Of a stretch of DNA of 53,166 nucleotides, positions 1-11,932 are shown piece by piece. The stretch's first letter is position 1. Each line of letters begins with the position of its first letter. The position numbers and the translations under genes were made by a program. This stretch comes from Octopus bimaculoides (taxonomy: Eukaryota), in NCBI RefSeq assembly GCF_001194135.2, contig NC_068983.1, forward strand, positions 130,903,564 to 130,956,729, written 5' to 3'. The notes under the pieces were generated by a model, which saw only the letters and a program-made list of their open reading frames with translations, was not told the DNA's origin and did no database searches.

Positions 1-299
1 GTAATAGCGGTGGCAACGGCGCTAGCGGTGGCACAGACGGTGGAAGCGGCGGCACCGGCCCCAGTGGTGAAAGAGACGGTGGCAGTGTCGGTGGCGGTGG
101 CGATGTCTACAGTGTCGACGCAGTAACCGATAGAAACACCAGCACTGACTGCAACGGCCGCTGTTTCAAAATTTATATTTCCCTAAGATATCTGGAGGAC
201 TCTATAGGGAGGAAGCACTTCTTACAGCAACTGGATTAACTTGGCCTTCAGTAAAGAGCACCAAGAATTCTCTACACAAACTTTTTAAAACTATAGCAT

Positions 300-2620
300 G
301 AGTATCTGATTCGAAAATGATACAAATGTGGCCAATTTTTTAGACGTTATTCTGGACTTAAATACAAATTTGTCACCCTTTCCAGAAACCAAATCAGTTT
401 CTACAATATATCAACGCCCTATCAGATCACCTAAACTTACTCTTAATTGTTTAGTCACAGGCATTTCTATCAGTATCTTGGACTTTTCTGCTAACGAAGA
501 AATTTTTTAAAGTCAATCCCCGTATTATAATCAGGCTCTCCAGATAAGTGGTTTCCGTGAAAAGATCTCGTATATCCCCAATATGAAGCTTAAAACAAAA
601 ATTGCACATCTCTTTCCTAATCTATCAACTCTCATAAACTTCCTATGTATCGCACTCGACTATCCCACAGACCACCTCGAACTTTTAATAACTATAAGCC
701 TCCCTATCTAGACCCACACACTCTAAACATTTTCTAAGAGCAGAAAGCGGGAGATACTATGGTTCGCACCACCCTTCTTCCTCTCCATGTTAAATATCTA
801 CCTAAACTCTTCTTTTAAATTCTAAACTCTAACTTCCGACTACAGCATAAATACTACCCTGTCTTTAATAAATCATCACTTAAAATTTCCTATTCTACCT
901 AATGTGGGATCCATTATCGATTCCTCTAACTTACGCCAATCCTTGGAACCTGCGATTTGTCACACTGCACTCCAAATTAATCCACCTAGTGGTAATAATA
1001 TAACCTACAGTAACCCTCTCGACTAAATAACAGACTTCAAGCATCTTCCCGCACCAATACCCATGGGACCACATATACTAGCTGTGATGACCCCTCCCGA
1101 TCCAATGCTGATATCAATTGTACTTCCAGTTCATCTTCACTAATTACGGACAACTGAAAATTTGACTTCTCCAGCGGTAAATTCCAACTACACAGCAGGT
1201 AAAAAGACTTGCAATTATCGGGTTACTCAACATTTCCCTTTTGGAGGTTTCTGTCTGCGTAAAAATACAGTCTACAAGTGATGTGTTATAACACCATGCC
1301 TCCGCCAAGCAAGGGTCTATAGTGGCGGTACCGTGCACACATGAACTCTTTCTCCAATCCAAATTCTAAATTATCTGCCTCTTTAGCAACTTATATACAC
1401 AACCTCAAATCTCAAAATGTTCGCTATACCCCATCTTGGTTCATCGTAAGTGAGGCTCCCCCGCACAAAGCAAAGATCGGTATGTGTAAAATGTTTAAGA
1501 GAATCGGTAAACATACTTCACCACCACCACCCTTTTTTACTTAATAGATTCTCTTGTAAACACAGGTTCTACTCATCATTTGCCAATTTTATTAAATCTA
1601 TGTAATCCCATAACTAAAACTATCCTTAATTAAAATTGATCTTGAGATACGACAATGTAAGCCAAGCAACTTGCCGCCTCAACTAATCCCACTCTTTTTA
1701 TTAAACTATTTTTTCTCATCGATACCTTTGCAAATTTTTCGGCCCACATCATACCACCTCCCTCATAGCCTCCCCACACTTCTCTTATTTTACCTCTTCA
1801 TCTAATAGCTCTTAATATTAGTATCTCACTTATTTGGATACTAACCTTTCAACCCCTCCCTTTCTCTATTCACTTCCCTCTGTTCAATTTCATACACCCT
1901 TGCATACCTCAGTATTCTCCCTTCAATACCAACTCACGTTCATTATTCCACTAACTACTGTTGTCTTGACCACCAACGCACACCAGTCTGTCTACCCCTC
2001 TATCTTCTCTCATACTGTTCTACATAGCTTATAATCTTCCTCTGCTAGTGAACTAGACTCTACTTTCCTCAAATAATTGCCATTCCTTTTCTCACAATAT
2101 CAACTTCTAATAATTCTTTAGCTTTTATCGTAAAACTTTAGAACCTCAACACAACAGACTACCTTTCAAACACTCTTCCAACTCTCCACTTTCACTTCTA
2201 CCCCCCTTAATACCTTTATTATTAACCCATCACTTTTCTTGAAATATATTTTCTTCTCTCACCATTCCCTATCTTAATACCCCCCAGCCTCCCCCCATCT
2301 AATACAGCTACCTTATCAACATTTAACCATTCCATCTATGAACTTTTCTGCATTAAGATCTGAAATGCAAGATCTACTCTACCCTGATGACAGCGGCTCG
2401 CCTCTTCTACTGTTAATTGCATCCATACAGCCGCATAAATCTACCAGCATTATCATGGATCGCTCAACAGCCAGAAACAGTTGTTGGACTTATTACACCT
2501 TTCTTCCACCCCTTTAATTTTCTGTCATTTTTACTCTGTGTAAGTTGGACTTATTAATATAAGAATCTATATATTTACACATAAAAATTCATCATCTGAA
2601 ACTCTCTACCTTTTGCGTTC
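300..2620 (+). mobile_element. Degenerate Penelope-like retroelement: RT C-terminus, GIY-YIG endonuclease and long pyrimidine-rich 3' region
   Basis: Frameshifted translations give ANFLDVILDLNT (328-), SQSPYYNQALQISGF, RKREILWFAPPF, KYYPVFNKSSLKISYS..NVGSIIDSSN, TCNYRVTQHFPFGGFCLRKNTVYK, RVYSGGT, SLATYIHNLK..SWFIVSEAPP..CKM. These match the PLE RT thumb (FLD, WFNPPF, FN..KISYS) and the Cys-rich/GIY-YIG region in the right order. The 3' boundary is approximate. Confidence 0.85.
2384..2487 (+). ncRNA. Possible degenerate hammerhead ribozyme at the PLE 3' end
   Basis: CTGATGA at 2384-2390 and GAAACAGTT from 2474, downstream of the PLE ORF. The spacer is about 80 nt, and stems I and II are imperfect. 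Confidence 0.3.
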
Positions 2621-2718
2621 TCTCGTTTTGCATGTATACATATATGCATATTTTGTATTTGATATATTTAAAATATCCAATGTATTTGATGCGCCTAATT
2701 TGTTTACCCGCATAATTG

Positions 2719-2719
<1 letters not shown>

Positions 2720-2785
<66 letters not shown>
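2720..2785. repeat. (TA)n microsatellite
   Basis: Direct reading of the sequence. Confidence 0.95.
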
Positions 2786-2787
<2 letters not shown>

Positions 2788-3609
2788 GAAAGTTTGAAAT
2801 TTTATCATATATTATTTCATTAGACATATATTGATGTGATGTTTAATATTCCTATATATTAATGTGATGTTCGGAATAACTATTTGCAGGTCAAAAACAC
2901 CGAAATTATGTTAAATAATTCGATACAATTTGAGTACGAAATTTTATGAAATTATCTAGAATTCCTATCATTGTTTCATAATTTTTCAACCGTCTATTCT
3001 AATAATTATAGAGCTAAAGAATGCAAATTGCTTTCTAGCTGACAGTATATTTCTTTATTTTCTTTTTCTTTTTCTTATTTTTCTTCATTTGCATATACTG
3101 TAAACTTTCCTTCGCGTGTCACACATCGCAGCCAAAACGTCTAGCACCATTAACATGAGATATTAAATAATGTTTCCGAAAAGACAAATTTCGGATTATA
3201 AACCTACCCCATAAAAAATACTATGAAAAACAAACAACAAAGCTGAATTTAATTATTACTTAGTTCCATTGAATGCTATGACATAATATATATTATTTAT
3301 GCTACTTTTTTTTGTTTTCCTACTTTGCTGTTGTTATTATGGTTGGATTTTGACTTTTCTAGTGTAATTTACATACTATTTCTTTCATAGAGAACTCTTC
3401 AGACTAGACGGTTCCAGGTTTGGCAGATCATAAACTATTCATTGGCGTTTGACTTTCTAAATTACTCATTGGTCGGCTGTATTGGCACCACCGTAAAACA
3501 TTTCATCATGCCATGATCTGTGTGTGTAAGTAAGAATGTACTGCTTGCATGTATAAGCACATGCTTCTCTGTCTGCAATTTACTGGATTTGCATGTACGT
3601 TTATTAACT

Positions 3610-3611
<2 letters not shown>

Positions 3612-3656
<45 letters not shown>

Positions 3657-3860
3657 TTACATATATACTCACATACATACACACATACATACTTACATAT
3701 ATGTGTGCGTGTATGTGTGTGTGTGTGCTTGCGTGTGTTGCGTGTATGTGTATGTGTGTGATATTCGCGTGTGCATGTGTGTGTGAATATTCTCGTGTGC
3801 CTGTGTGTGTACATCCTTTCTTGTTATGCATCTCTCTCCAGATATATGTCTGTGTGCCTG
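3612..3860. repeat. (TA)n / (CA)n / (TG)n compound low-complexity tract
   Basis: Direct reading; explains the overlapping YI/VC/HT pseudo-ORFs. Confidence 0.9.
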
Positions 3861-4419
3861 TGTTAATAACCACTTGTTTGGAGATGTAATGCGTGTATAA
3901 ATTACAGTCTATAACAAGTGATATTCACTGTTCATTTTCAGACTTTTGTTATTTTCACCATGATATATGTATGTCTGCATACATGTGTTTGTTTCTGTGG
4001 GTGTATGTATATAAGAGTGTGTATGTAGATGCTCACTCACATATGTGTGTGATATACTCTTTCTCTCTCTCTCTCTTTTTCTCCCGTCGGGAAGGACTTA
4101 CGACATCACAGTAACAAAGAGTACAATATAATTCTTAAAAACCGAAAAAAGGTAAATGAAAACAGAATTGATAGAATGCTGATACAATGGTGAAATTTGT
4201 AGTTATTCAATAAAAATTAACATAAATTATGGGTAGCTGAGAGACTTGAAAGTGTTTACATGAATTCTATTTTAGTTCTTATTCATCATAGTCACTCAAA
4301 GCCGCCTAGCCGCAATATAGGTCCCATAGTAAATCAATGCACTGGTCCCTATAATATTCATTCATTGGCATTAAGCCACAATATACATAAGTGTGAATTG
4401 GACCTATAGGTACGCGAGG

Positions 4420-5330
4420 CTTCCGGACAAATTCTCAATGTACCTTAACATACCATTTTTTCTTTTCTGGTTTGTGCTACGTATAGCAAGGCCAGCCTTG
4501 GATCTGAAGTGAAACTCACAGATCTGGTAGACATGTTCAGTTCCTATAGAAATGAAGAGACGTTAGCTAAATCTTTTCTTTAGAGTGGAGTATGTTACTA
4601 TACTACACTCATCTTTTATACGAAATTTGAGTATGTGAAATCATTTGTCATAACAAACTCGATGATTGCCTGGTAAGGGCATGGAGCATTGTAGAAAAAA
4701 ATTGAAGTCGTCTCCAACTTTTCTTCCTTTTTGTCTTATATTAGCGCAACAGTGTCATTTCGAAGTATCAGTAAGTGATGATACTAGGAATCTGAATATA
4801 AAAAGGTATCAAAGGGATTGTTTCTAATGTCTTCCATAAGAATGATTCACCTATCATTCAGAATTTCCCATTGCAACGGATGTTGTACTTCTCAAAGATA
4901 AAACGCTTAAGTATCTTGTCTCCTATGCAACGTTAACTGTTGAAGGTAAATATCATAAAACTGAAGGAAACTTGAATTTATTCTTGCACAGTTTCATCAT
5001 TTCACATTTCTGCAATATCAGTGGTAATCTACGGCGCAATATATTTGAATTATTTTCTTAACTGAAAAGTGAATGTTCTATGGTCACTGGAATAAATTTC
5101 CGAAAGAAGTGTTCTTGCCTTCCAAAACGCAGAAATTTTTCAGTATCATTTCTGTCACTTGAAGTCACTGCAAAACCAAAGTTGCAAGTTGATGTGATTC
5201 TCTCAATTGATGTATATTGGCAAGGATGATGAAGATCTGCTTTTGTGATGAAAATATTAAGAGCAATACCTTTGAATGCAATGGAAAATCAATTTACAGG
5301 ATGTCAAGTAAAATTTTAGTCTTTGCAAAA
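4420..5330 (-). pseudogene. Highly decayed piggyBac-type transposase fragment (copy 1)
   Basis: Minus-strand frames give HSYGRH*KQ (about 4819-4840; cf. PYFGRH..KQ), LPGNHRVCYDK*F (about 4641-4675; cf. V.FDNWFT) and LALLYVAQTRK/KKWYVKV (about 4440-4500; cf. YR...R.KKWY), in the expected order. Many stops and frameshifts. Confidence 0.55.
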
Positions 5331-5809
5331 CAGCTGTGTGCATTGAACTGGACTGTGCTAGAATGAAACCACAAGTTTATACCAAGTCAAATGCATACAT
5401 GAAAGAAAATAAAGTGTCCGGAGATGCTGTTAGAGAGTCATCTCAGTCTATTATAGTCAATATGTTGCTTGAATTAGTTGGCACGTCAAATTTAGAAATA
5501 TCTGGGTTTAGTCAAAGTATGAGGTGTTAGCAGAAACAGATAACATGGAATGACAAAAGACTGTTAGTGTACAAATGAATTGTAGGAATAGTTTGTGTCC
5601 AGTAGTGTAACTAATCCTTAATTCTCATTTGCTGCATTCCAGCAGACAGCTAAGGTGGCTGTAAATATATCAGGAGAACATTCTCATTAATCAATACAAG
5701 ACTGACAACGGATTCGAAGTTAGTAGCATAAAATGTCTTTTTTCTCTCCTCACAATATCAGCCGTTCTGAAAGACTCACTGTATCTCATCTTAGTTATTG
5801 CTTTTTCAG

Positions 5810-5939
5810 ACAGATTATAATGCATCACTACGCAAAAAGCTACAACCTACTACCTTATACACTCGATGTGAACAAGAGAATGTTCGACATTCGAATTACT
5901 TTACTGGCTATACTTGCAATTCATACTATTGCCCTCTGG
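5810..5939 (+). CDS. Candidate coding exon (unverified): signal-peptide-like MFDIRITLLAILAIHTIALW, or an alternative Cys/Tyr-rich frame
   Basis: Strong acceptor ttattgctttttcAG (AG at 5808-5809) and possible donor GTattc at 5940. Two reading frames are open across the interval. No homology recognised. Confidence 0.3.
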
Positions 5940-6167
5940 GTATTCCATCCAAACATATTCATCATACCAGGTCACATGCTGCTAATATTGCATACTTTTG
6001 CCAGTCACTGCTACCGCTACTACTACATTTGATGTTCAAATCAGTTCACATGACTTTTTTACGATCTTAGCCAGATGGATAGCTTGCCAATTACAAGTTT
6101 CCCGAACTTGCGTTTTTTTTAAATGGGGATCTTTCTCGAAATATTATTGCATTATTAAACAACCAGT

Positions 6168-6478
6168 GAAGGCGCATGGCTTTGTGGTTAGGGTATTCGG
6201 CACACGATCGTAAGGCCGTGAGTTCAGTTCGGGACAATGTGCTGTGTCCTTCAGCAAGACACTTTACTTCACCTTGCTCCAGTCCATTCAGCTGGAAAAT
6301 GAGGAGTACCTGTATCTCAAAGGGTCAGCCTTGTCACATTTTGTGTCACGCTGAGAACTACGTTAAGGGTACACGCGTCTGTGGAGTGCTCAGTCACTTG
6401 CACGTTAATTTCACATGTAGCTTGTTCCATTGATCCGATCAACTGGAACCCTTGTCGTTGTAACCGACGGAGTGCCAC
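6168..6478 (+). mobile_element. tRNA-derived SINE with a CORE-like central segment and the family-A 3' tail
   Basis: A-box-like TGGCTTTGTGG and B-box-like GAGTTCAGTTC; gctgtgtccttcagcaagacacttt resembles the MIR/CORE domain. The 3' part from caaagggtcagccttgtcac onward matches the tails of the copies at 9655, 29074 and 34769. Confidence 0.8.
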
Positions 6479-6808
6479 TTTTATTAAACATGTTTAGTAA
6501 AACAATATCGTTATCTTTATCCTTCGTTCTTTGACATCAGTTTTGATTAACTCCAAAATTAATTTCGAGGTGTCTTTAAAGCTTGCTTATGACAAATTTA
6601 GTTGCAGTGCAAATTTGTTTCCTGTTATAAGTATAAGAATTGTATTTCCGTTATTTTTCTTTTGTTTTTTTTAATTAAATGATTCTTTGAAGAATGGATT
6701 TGAAATTTCGGTTCATCGAATCCGATTATGTTTGGCATGGGGCATTTAAATTATCTCTGGATGGTGCTTGTACAAAAAAGTTTAGGTTAGCGGTAGTATC
6801 TGAACTGA

Positions 6809-6812
<4 letters not shown>

Positions 6813-6891
<79 letters not shown>

Positions 6892-6908
6892 GTGCGTGTG
6901 TGTGTGTG
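6813..6908. repeat. (TG)n microsatellite
   Basis: Direct reading. Confidence 0.95.
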
Positions 6909-7096
6909 AATGTAACAGCAAGTACTAAGAAGTGTAAGAAGATGAAAGTTATATATTTGTATTAGCATGTGACAATGTTTAAAACTCCATGACATGATTG
7001 ATTTGAAAACATAATCGATATAATCAAAGTCAGTTTTTTACTGAATATTCACTCTTTTACTATGATCCTATTATTATTATTATTATTGTTGCTATT

Positions 7097-7561
7097 AAGA
7101 CAGCAAGCTGGCCGAATCGTTAGTACGCGAGGGAAAATGCTTAGCGGTATTTCGTCCGCCTGTGTGTTTGAGTTCAAATTCCGCCGCGGTCGACTTTGCT
7201 TTCCATCCTATCGGGGTCGATAAAATAAGTACCAGGTCAGAACTAGGGTCGATGAAATTTACTTATTTTCTCCCTCAAATTTTCAGGTATTGCGTCCATA
7301 GTTGAATGGATTATCATTGTTGCTGTTACTAATGATATTGTTGAAGACGCTGAGTATGTAAAATCGTTAGCACGCCGGACTAATTGCTTATCGGTATTTC
7401 GTCCATCTTTACATTCCGAGTCCAAATTCCGTCGAGGTCGACTTTGCCTTTCCTCCTTACGGGATCGGTTAAATAAGCATTGGGGCCGATGTAATCTCGA
7501 CTAAGCTCCGCCTCAAAGTTTCAGGTTTGTGCCTACAGTAGAGAGGATAATAATAATAATA

Positions 7562-7593
<32 letters not shown>

Positions 7594-8060
7594 GATCATC
7601 ATCATCATTATTATTAAGGCAACAAACTAGCAGAATCGTTAGCGCAACAAATAAAGTGCTTTGCGATATTTCGTCCGTCTTTGCGTTTTGAGTTTAAATT
7701 CCGCCTTTCATCCTTTCAGAGTCGATAAAATAAATATCAGTTGAGCGGTGGGGGTCGAGGTATTTGACTTAAACCCCTGCTCCGAACTTGCTGGCCATGT
7801 GCCAAAATTTGAAACCATTAATATTGTCATTATTTTATTTTAAATAAAGGCGTCGTGCTGGTAGAACCGTTAGCACGCCGGGGGAAAATGCTTAGCGGCA
7901 TTTCGTCCGAATTTACGATCTGAGTTCAAATACCACCCAGGTCGACTTTGCTTTTCATCTTATCGGAGTTGATAAAATAAGTACCAGTGAAACACTGGGG
8001 TCGATGAAAATGCCTTATTCCCTCCCACAAATTTCAGGCCTTGTGCTTTTGATAAATAGT
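7097..8060 (+). mobile_element. Four head-to-tail copies of SINE family B (about 7097-7310, 7343-7548, 7616-7817, 7847-8060)
   Basis: Each copy carries gaatcgttagcacgc..aaatgcttagcggtatttcgtcc..gagttcaaattccgc..gtcgactttgc..gataaaataagtaccag..ggggtcgat and ends in (ATT)n-like tails. Confidence 0.9.
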
Positions 8061-8499
8061 ATTATTTTATTTAAAATATATTTCATAGAAATTATGAAAT
8101 TTTAATGTGTTATATGTTGCATTTTGCTGTTATCACCACAAGTGTATGCACTTTAAGGAGATCCTCATAAGAATGAGCTCTCCTATTGTTGTTGAAGTGC
8201 TTCAGGAATCATTCACTGGCATTCTATATTCCTTCTTTTCATTTCTACTCAGAACTTTCATTAATACAAAGAAAAGCCACCTTAACAAATCTTTTATGTA
8301 GTTAATTTTTATATGTTTATCATTTTCATTTTATTTTACAGTTTGTAGTTGTTGCTGTTGATCTGTTGTGGTTATGATGTTGATTTTTCTTTTTTCCTTA
8401 CAGTTTGCTGCCAGCCTATAACATCACGTGACTGTGGTTCGTTTAATTGGATTCAGTCAACTTCAAACAAAACCAACTAATTCAAATCGTATAATGACT

Positions 8500-8624
8500 C
8501 TCTTTATGTCTTCATCTTCTCCACCTTCTCCATCTTCGTCTTCTTTTCCCTTTCTCTTCTTCTTTTCCTCCTTTTTCCACTTCTTATTTTCTTCTTACCA
8601 ATTCTTGGCAATCTCTTCTTCTTC

Positions 8625-8696
<72 letters not shown>

Positions 8697-8790
8697 TTAA
8701 TGTTGTTGCTTATGATGATGATGATGACGACGACGACGATGACGATGATGATGATGACAATCATAATAATAATAATAATAATTCGCATAT
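8500..8790. repeat. Compound trinucleotide tract (TCT)/(TTA)n(GTA)n(GAT)n(GAC)n(AAT)n
   Basis: Direct reading. Confidence 0.9.
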
Positions 8791-9219
8791 TATTAGTATT
8801 ATTTTGTAAATGTAAATGCACCTTTGGTAACACATATTTCATCTTTACCATCTAAAATAACTTTTCCACACGCCTAAGGTGCTATATTTTGCTGTAATTT
8901 TGTATTGGTATATGTTGCAAGGTTTTCTAGCTTTTACTTTTTTTAGAAGGGTAGTTCTTGAGCAAAATAAAATCAGTTGAAGGAATTCGTTGATCCCTCA
9001 CAAAAGACAAAAATATTTCCTCGTAGCATTCAGATTTACAAGAACAGCAACAATACCCAAAAAAAGATACACTATGTAATATAAAATTGCAAAACAAAAA
9101 TTACAAAAATATAATTCAAATATACAACACAAAAGCAGGAGCCAGTGGTGATCGTTAAGTCTGCTAAAACTTGCTGCTAAATCATGCTGCTAAATCTTAC
9201 TGCTAAACTTTTCTAATAT

Positions 9220-9362
9220 CACACTCTACAGTTTGGGGAAAATTACGTATTGGATAATGTTGCCTTACATAACGTCAGATCGACATCTTGATCATGGTTG
9301 GAATGACATTGACTATAGTTCTGTTAAGTTAGAGGTGATTTGGTGCTAAGTAGCAACAATAA
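9220..9362 (+). repeat. Dispersed repeat family D (old; other copies at about 23095-23240, 23880-24010 and 31570-31730)
   Basis: Shared ggataat...catgg.tggaa.g..tttgatc...gctaa..caacaa(n) skeleton among the copies, aligned by eye. Confidence 0.45.
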
Positions 9363-9447
9363 TGATGGAGCCGATGGCGATACTTAGATACGTTAGGATT
9401 AGTTGCTATAGCATACTAAAGTTTTAAATTAATATGCGTACACTGAA

Positions 9448-9654
9448 AAACGGTGAGCGGGGAGAAACGTTACCACTCTGGGCGAAATGCTTAGCGGTAT
9501 TTTGTCTGTCCTTACGTTCTGAGTTCAAATTCCGCCGAGATCAACTTTGCTTGCATCCTTTCGGGGTCATTGCGTACTAGTTGCGTACTGGGGTCGATCT
9601 AATCGACTGCCTCCCTCCCCAAAACTTTCGGACCTTTTGCCTAGAGTAGAAAAG
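9448..9654 (+). mobile_element. SINE family B
   Basis: Same body as the 7097-8060 copies. Its tail is interrupted by a family-A SINE. Confidence 0.85.
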
Positions 9655-10038
9655 GTGGCACTCCGTCGCTTACGACGTCGAGGGTTCCTGTTGATCCGAT
9701 GATCAACGGAACAGCCTGCTCGTGAAATTAACGTGCAAGTGGCTGAGCACTCCACAGACACGTGTACCCTTAACGTAGTTCTCGGGGATATTCAGCGTGA
9801 CACAGTGTGACAAGGTTAATCCTTTGCATTACAGGCACAACAGAAACAGGAAGTAAGAGTGAGAGAAAGTTGTGGTAGAAGAGTACAGCAGGGTTCGCCA
9901 CCATCCCCTGTCGGAGCCTCGTGGAGCTTTTAGGTGTTTTCGCTCAATAAACACTCACAACGCCCGGTCTGGGAATCGAAACCGCGATCTTATGACCGCG
10001 AGTCCGCTGCCCTAACCACTGGGCCGTTGCGCCTCCAA
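9655..10038 (-). mobile_element. SINE family A (tRNA-derived, about 385 bp) with a 10-bp TSD
   Basis: Reverse complement is nearly identical to 29074-29455 and 34769-35152; B-box GGTTTCGATTCC. The direct repeat AGTAGAAAAG lies at 9645-9654 and 10039-10048. Confidence 0.92.
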
Positions 10039-11237
10039 AGTAGAAAAGAATATAAGTACATTCAACAGATTAGTTTCTAATACGATAAAACGATATAGAC
10101 CAACATTTACAGGTATTTCAGCAACATCAGTGTGAAAAAAAAATTCGTCTTATACTGTAACCTCCCCATAACACTCTATGTACCATTCTAAAACCTCAGA
10201 TTCAGGACGGTTTGGCAACACTATCACCTCGTTACTGGGGACCTTTAGCAAAGTTCACTCGGTTGCTAGCATTTAGCACATGTCTCTAATCAGAATTCAG
10301 CCAGGTATCTGGACTTGACTTTCTTCCATCAATAGTAGCCGACCCTTCTTCCTTGCTTCTATACCTTACCACCCACTAGTCAAGACGATTTACTTTGTTC
10401 ACAAATTCAGTTTATAAAAATCATGCCAACATCAGTAAGATATGAACTCACAAAAATAAGGATGGTTTTAAACACTGCAGCAATACATTAGAGCACAGTA
10501 CAGTTCATTCTCTAAAATGCTAGTCACACAGTTTCAATGACATATGGTTTCTGCCATCACTGCGCACATGCACACATTCATTATGATACACGCACGCATT
10601 CTGATACATATACATGTTTATATATACATAAAGGCAAACATAGGCACTCGCATACATACTTATGAACGTATACAAACAAACATACTCCTGCATAAGCGGC
10701 TTCCAAACTAACACGTATAGAAAATGATACGTACAAGCAAACAAATACACGTACATACACCTATCTCTGAAGCTCTAGTTCTCCGCTGAACTGGAAAACA
10801 AAATGTTGACATTACACAAATTACTAATAAAATGTTTATGAAAGAACAGTGAAGTTCTGATGGGTTTAATAGGTTACGTTTATATAGATCGGTGTTGATG
10901 GGTTGGAACTCGGATTCAGGAGAATAAGTTCCATTAATAATGGTTCAGAATGTCATAACATGGAAGTATTTAGACAGACTGCAAATATGTTTGAACTAAA
11001 ACACTCCCTTTCTCTCACGCATAAACACGTACACACACGCGTACACATACACGTTCACACACACACATACCCGCAGACGCACACACGTACACATGTGCAC
11101 ACATACGTATAAGCATGTACATGTGCGTGTGACCATAAAGATTGAACTACAGACACAGAGAAACCGTCAATAGAAAATTATAGTACACTCTATTTGAGCA
11201 TATATGTGTCTATGTATATATATATATATATATATAT

Positions 11238-11411
11238 NNNNNNNNNNNNNNNNNNNNNNNNNNNNNNNNNNNNNNNNNNNNNNNNNNNNNNNNNNNNNNN
11301 NNNNNNNNNNNNNNNNNNNNNNNNNNNNNNNNNNNNNNNNNNNNNNNNNNNNNNNNNNNNNNNNNNNNNNNNNNNNNNNNNNNNNNNNNNNNNNNNNNNN
11401 NNNNNNNNNNN
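11238..11411. other. Assembly gap (N run). Other gaps: 30189-30198, 32076-32330, 37368-37441, 43790-44638, 47769-48568, 51298-51397
   Basis: Runs of n, nearly all flanked by microsatellites. Confidence 0.99.
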
Positions 11412-11932
11412 TATATATGGATATATATATACATATGTGTGTATGTGCATATATATAGTGTATATGTGAGTGTGTGTTTTGCTTCAGGAACGTGTTACAT
11501 GCAGATTGGGTTAGTCTTTCTCTAAAACTATTAAAGTAATGATATTAACAAAAGCGGTTGTATTTCTCTCGACGCTAAACGTGTTAAACTCATGCTGTTT
11601 GTTAATTAGCTTACGTTCACCTTCATATAACAATTATTTCTTTAAAAAATTGTATTTCACATTGATATATTCGTTCTTATGCGTCTTCGAATGATAAACA
11701 GTTTATGTTCTCAATATAAATCCTTGCTTCACTACAGAGATGAGATATTTTGGGGGTTTTGCATATCTCTTTGCAATTATGGGAAATATAACATTTTGCA
11801 TACATGGATAATCAGTTGCCTTGTTAATACGCTAATTCGAAAAGTGAAATAGTTATGGTCGTAGGTCTTTATTTAATAAAAATCAAATTCATTGCATTAG
11901 AAACATTATTTCAATGTAAGAATAAATGTTAA

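Noticed and set aside
1-240. Gly/Ser-rich open frame at the window start (NSGGNGASGGTDGGSGG...)
   Set aside because: Low-complexity GGY/GGC repeats, truncated by the window edge, with no start or splice support. It may be part of the adjacent PLE.
8089-8301. Signal-peptide-like MKF*CVICCILLLSPQVYAL and a 64-aa ORF
   Set aside because: In-frame stop at codon 4 and multiple competing pseudo-acceptors.
10150-10400. GC-richer patch suggesting a LINE 3' fragment
   Set aside because: No convincing motif in any frame.
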